Shown one piece after another: positions 60,964 to 64,000 of a stretch of DNA of 64,000 nt. A program made the translations under genes and the position numbers. The notes under the pieces were generated by a model, which was not told the DNA's origin, ran no database searches, and saw only the letters and a list, made by a program, of their open reading frames with translations. How positions within the stretch are numbered: the first letter of the stretch is position 1; every line of letters starts with the position of its first letter. The stretch comes from Candidatus Moraniibacteriota bacterium (GTDB lineage: Bacteria; Patescibacteriota; Minisyncoccia; Moranbacterales; UBA1568), in assembly GCA_963778555.1 (NCBI GenBank), contig CAVZUR010000003.1, positions 21,067-85,066 on the forward strand, given 5' to 3'.

Positions 60964-63261
60964 TTAGGGGTTTTGGGCGTCGAACTCTTTCTTGGCATCC
61001 TCGATTTCGAGCAATTGGCGCGGGTCCGACGTGATGATCTGGTCCTCGCTGTACGACGCGATGACCTTGATCGCTGCATGCTTGGTCCCCGCAAAGAAAA
61101 TGCCTTCGCCGACATTCGATTCGAGCAGCAGGAATTTCTCATGATCGGTGAGATAGAACGTCTCCGTGATGAAATCGATCGAGGCGGGCGACTGACGCAA
61201 GAGGAGCTGCATCGACGAGTTCGTGATAATCGGCTTGCCGTAGCGCGACGACATGAAGTCGCTGATGTCCTGAGTGATGGTCGTGAGCCCGGTGTAGTAC
61301 TTGCGGCAGCGTTTGGCGATACCGAAGAGGAACGAGGCCGCGTCTTCATTCTGCATCATAATCCACGCCTCATCCACGACAATGATACGCTGGCGGAGCT
61401 TCGAACGGATGTCGTTCCAGATGTATTGCAGAATGATGTACATAGCCACCGGCCGCAGCTCCTCCTCAAGATCACGGATATTGAAGACAACGAGCTGATT
61501 GTCAGTATCGATATTCGTCTGCTGATTGAGAAAGCCAGAGAAAATACCTTCCGTGTACCGCTGGAGCCGGGCAGCGATCGAGTCCGCCCCTTCCATATTC
61601 TTCAGCACCGCGTACAAGTCTGACATCGTGGGGAACGATTGGGCCGTCAGGGATTCGAAATTCGAATCCTCATGGATATCGCGGATAGCGTACGCCTCAT
61701 GGATGGCTTGGTCGAGAATCGAGTCCTCCTCGGCTGACAGGGTTCCCAGCATTAGATGCAAGAGTCCGATGAGGTTGGCAATCGTATTGCGGAACACGCC
61801 GTCTCCCTCATCCTCGCCCGCGACTTTCGGCATATCGAACGGATTGAGGTGGACCTCGGAATTCAAGGAGATCTTCAAGAAAGCGCCCCCCACCGTTTCA
61901 CAGAGATGTTTGTACTCATTTTCCGGGTCGATGATGATCACACTCGATTCGAACATGAGCGCCCGCAACACCTCGAGCTTCACGGTATAGCTTTTTCCGG
62001 CGCCGGACTTGGCGAAGACGACCATATTCGCATTCTCCATCTTGAATCGGTCAAAGAGAATGAGGGAATTATTGTGACGGTTAATGCCATACAGGATACC
62101 CTCGTTCGAAGACAGGTCCGAAGACACGAATGGCAGCGTCGTCGAGAGCGGCTCGGTATTGAGATTATTGGCAACGTCAAGCGCGTCGTTGCCCAAAGGC
62201 CGCGTCGATGCGAAGCCGTCGTCCATCCGCAACACGGCTGTTTTGGTATAGACCAGCTGGGCTTCGAGGATCGCTTCTACCGACTGCACTTTCTGACCGA
62301 GATCCTTCTCGTCGACACCATACAGCATCATATAGAGCCCGAAGCGGAAAAACTTCTCCGTCCCCTGCTGAAGACGATCGCGCAGCTCTTCGATATTCTG
62401 GAGGGCCGCCTCGAGCACCGGGTCGCGGATCTTTCCGTCTTCGATTTCGATGTTCAGCTGGGACTGCACCTGGGTGGCGGATTTCCGGAGCTGCTTCAGG
62501 ATCTCGGCGGTTTCAATCGGATGAATGAAGAGCGCTGTGTCCATCGGAAAATCCAAATTGATAATCGGTGAAAACCAGTTAGTGGAAAGGAAGCGTGGGT
62601 AGGCAATCACGAACAAGGTGCGCGCCACGACATCGCCGATCTGTATCGTCGCGGGACTGACTCGAATCGCTGGTGGAGCAATCAAGTCTTTGATCGTCGC
62701 CAAACCTTTCTGATAGAGGGCTTCCGTCTCGGCGCTCTCACTCTTCACTGGCGCCGCTTTTTCCTTGAACATCCCTGAAAAGAGGTTCTTCTTGGCGGGT
62801 GTGGCAGCCCGTTTGTCATCCGCTGCAAACGCCTCGGTGGCAGCCGTCTTGGCCCACCCCATCCGATCATCCGCCGCCGGACGAGCGAGGTCGTCGAGAT
62901 CCGGAACCGCGACCGATTCGCGGGGTGGCCGAGCCGCTGCGGTTCGATACGCGCCCGTGGCTGGCGCGGCCACTTCCTCAATCGGCTCCAGGACTCTCGC
63001 CGCGGCTCTCGGCAGCGGTCGAGCCGAAGCCCTCAGCGGTGCTGGGGGAACGGGGGGCAAACCGGCTACCGGTTCCCAGGAATCCTTGAGCGGCTCGATA
63101 CCTTTCGCGTTAGGCTGCGCCGAAGGCAGCGCTTGAGCAGCACTCGTCGGCCGGCGCGGCGGAACTGATAATTGACCCAGTCCGCCCGCGTTCAACGCTG
63201 ATGCTTCCTCGGAGGAGGCAGACTTTATCGGTCGGTCGAAGATGATGAGTTCGCGTCCCAT
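60964..63261 (-). CDS. virB4: VirB4/TrbE/CagE-family type IV secretion ATPase (Gram-positive-type) with ~190-aa Pro/Ala-rich N-terminal extension
   Basis: Walker A FAKSGAGKS, Walker B IIVVDEAW, conserved IAPP...YPRF N-terminal region. Start placed at MGRELIIF, 4 nt after the upstream gene stop. Confidence 0.85.
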   Translation of the reverse strand: MGRELIIFDRPIKSASSEEASALNAGGLGQLSVPPRRPTSAAQALPSAQPNAKGIEPLKDSWEPVAGLPPVPPAPLRASARPLPRAAARVLEPIEEVAAPATGAYRTAAARPPRESVAVPDLDDLARPAADDRMGWAKTAATEAFAADDKRAATPAKKNLFSGMFKEKAAPVKSESAETEALYQKGLATIKDLIAPPAIRVSPATIQIGDVVARTLFVIAYPRFLSTNWFSPIINLDFPMDTALFIHPIETAEILKQLRKSATQVQSQLNIEIEDGKIRDPVLEAALQNIEELRDRLQQGTEKFFRFGLYMMLYGVDEKDLGQKVQSVEAILEAQLVYTKTAVLRMDDGFASTRPLGNDALDVANNLNTEPLSTTLPFVSSDLSSNEGILYGINRHNNSLILFDRFKMENANMVVFAKSGAGKSYTVKLEVLRALMFESSVIIIDPENEYKHLCETVGGAFLKISLNSEVHLNPFDMPKVAGEDEGDGVFRNTIANLIGLLHLMLGTLSAEEDSILDQAIHEAYAIRDIHEDSNFESLTAQSFPTMSDLYAVLKNMEGADSIAARLQRYTEGIFSGFLNQQTNIDTDNQLVVFNIRDLEEELRPVAMYIILQYIWNDIRSKLRQRIIVVDEAWIMMQNEDAASFLFGIAKRCRKYYTGLTTITQDISDFMSSRYGKPIITNSSMQLLLRQSPASIDFITETFYLTDHEKFLLLESNVGEGIFFAGTKHAAIKVIASYSEDQIITSDPRQLLEIEDAKKEFDAQNP

Positions 63262-63265
63262 GGCG

Positions 63266-63946
63266 TTAAGAGGATTGGAGCTCAATGCCCTCGACGCTCT
63301 TGACCACGGTCGCCGCGAACATCGATGGATTATAACTATTGTACAAAAGTTCAATCAGCTCCTCGGTCTGCAGCGCGGACGCCCGGATACCCATCGGGGA
63401 CAAGCCCGCGACGATATGCTCGACACGCTGGACGAGCTGCGTCCGATAGGTATCGAACAGTTCCGCTTTCAGGCCGGCCGTCTTCTTCTGATTGAAGATA
63501 CCGCCGAGCTTGCCGACTATGCCGCCTTGGGTGTTTTCCGCCGAAGAGAACGGCACGACGACATAGAAATACTTCGACATGATATTCGAGACTTCGGTCA
63601 GATTCTTGATGAAGCTCTGGTATTCCTTCATCTGAAAGCGCAGGAGCTCATTCGGTTGCTGCGTCTCCTTGCCTTTCAAGAGCTCAATGTAGGGACCGAT
63701 GTTGAAGCGGCGGGACTGCACGACGATCTGCACCGGAAAATCGAGCGAATTTAAAAAATTCTGATACTGCGAGATGATAGCATCCTGCTCCTCGCTCGAT
63801 TTCAGATCGAAATTGATTGATGACACCAACAGGACAGCCCGGAGCGCCCCTGTCTTCAAGATGAGCACGCCGTCGCGGATTTCCTCGACATCAACATATC
63901 GCTGCGTGCTCGACCCGCCGGATTTTTTTTTCGAAAGGAGTTCCAT
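63266..63946 (-). CDS. VirB4 N-terminal-domain-like protein (VirB3/4-like), separately encoded
   Basis: 226 aa. DGVLILKTGALRAVLLVSSINFDLKSSEEQDAIISQYQNFLNSLDFPVQIVVQSRR matches the conserved VirB4/TrbE N-terminal segment pattern. No Walker motifs. Confidence 0.45.
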   Translation of the reverse strand: MELLSKKKSGGSSTQRYVDVEEIRDGVLILKTGALRAVLLVSSINFDLKSSEEQDAIISQYQNFLNSLDFPVQIVVQSRRFNIGPYIELLKGKETQQPNELLRFQMKEYQSFIKNLTEVSNIMSKYFYVVVPFSSAENTQGGIVGKLGGIFNQKKTAGLKAELFDTYRTQLVQRVEHIVAGLSPMGIRASALQTEELIELLYNSYNPSMFAATVVKSVEGIELQSS

Positions 63947-63961
63947 ACAGTTGCGGGTCTA

Positions 63962-64000
63962 GCGATTATCCATCAGCTGGGCCAGACGGCGCAGCTCCTC
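63962..64000 (-). CDS. 3' end of a further minus-strand gene (...EELRRLAQLMDNR*), truncated by the window end
   Basis: Open frame to the window edge ending in TAG at ~63962. Confidence 0.3.

Noticed and set aside
61756-62571. 271-aa plus-strand ORF inside virB4
   Set aside because: Antisense to the VirB4 ATPase CDS with Walker motifs on the minus strand.

Overview
High-GC (~58-62%) bacterial chromosomal segment, gene-dense and mostly on the minus strand. The core is conserved housekeeping genes: glycolysis (gap, fba, tpiA), galT, ndk, comEC, nrdR, ftsZ/ftsA, dgkA, ybeY, rpsU, hisS, lepB, an LCP protein, pth, rplY/ctc, gyrB, efp, rpsR-ssb-rpsF, recA, a rodZ-like gene, ftsK, rpoB-rpoC, infB, cca and several tRNAs. 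Monoderm-type features (LCP protein, signal peptidase I, Amidase_2, a Gram-positive-type VirB4) together with a short IF-2 and r-proteins/HisS carrying charged extensions suggest, as inference only, a reduced-genome lineage such as CPR/Patescibacteria.

Five things stand out.
1. The 3' end of the window (about 55.8-64.0 kb) carries a tRNA cluster followed by a type IV secretion/conjugation-like module: a VirB4 ATPase with a Pro/Ala-rich N-terminal extension, a separately encoded VirB4-N-domain-like protein, small membrane proteins and a 938-aa Cys-rich surface protein. It runs off the window.
2. There are two compositionally foreign islets: an AT-rich single-gene islet at 11.0-11.7 kb and a lower-GC secreted repeat protein at 23.9-25.1 kb.
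3. A recurring intergenic element (GGGG-loop-CCCC hairpin fused to GTTAGAAAC) is embedded in promoter-like TTGACA-N17/18-TAGAgT contexts.
4. Many conserved genes (gap, comEC, ftsZ, gyrB, ftsK, rpoB, rpoC, a solute-binding protein gene, cca, and a large FN3-like surface protein gene) are interrupted by frameshifts. At least three of these (ftsZ, cca, rpoB 3' end) sit at short homopolymers, so sequencing or assembly indels are the most likely cause rather than true pseudogenes.
5. The tRNA-Leu and tRNA-Ser loci have unusual nested or fragmentary tRNA-like copies.

No rRNA and no CRISPR array were seen.
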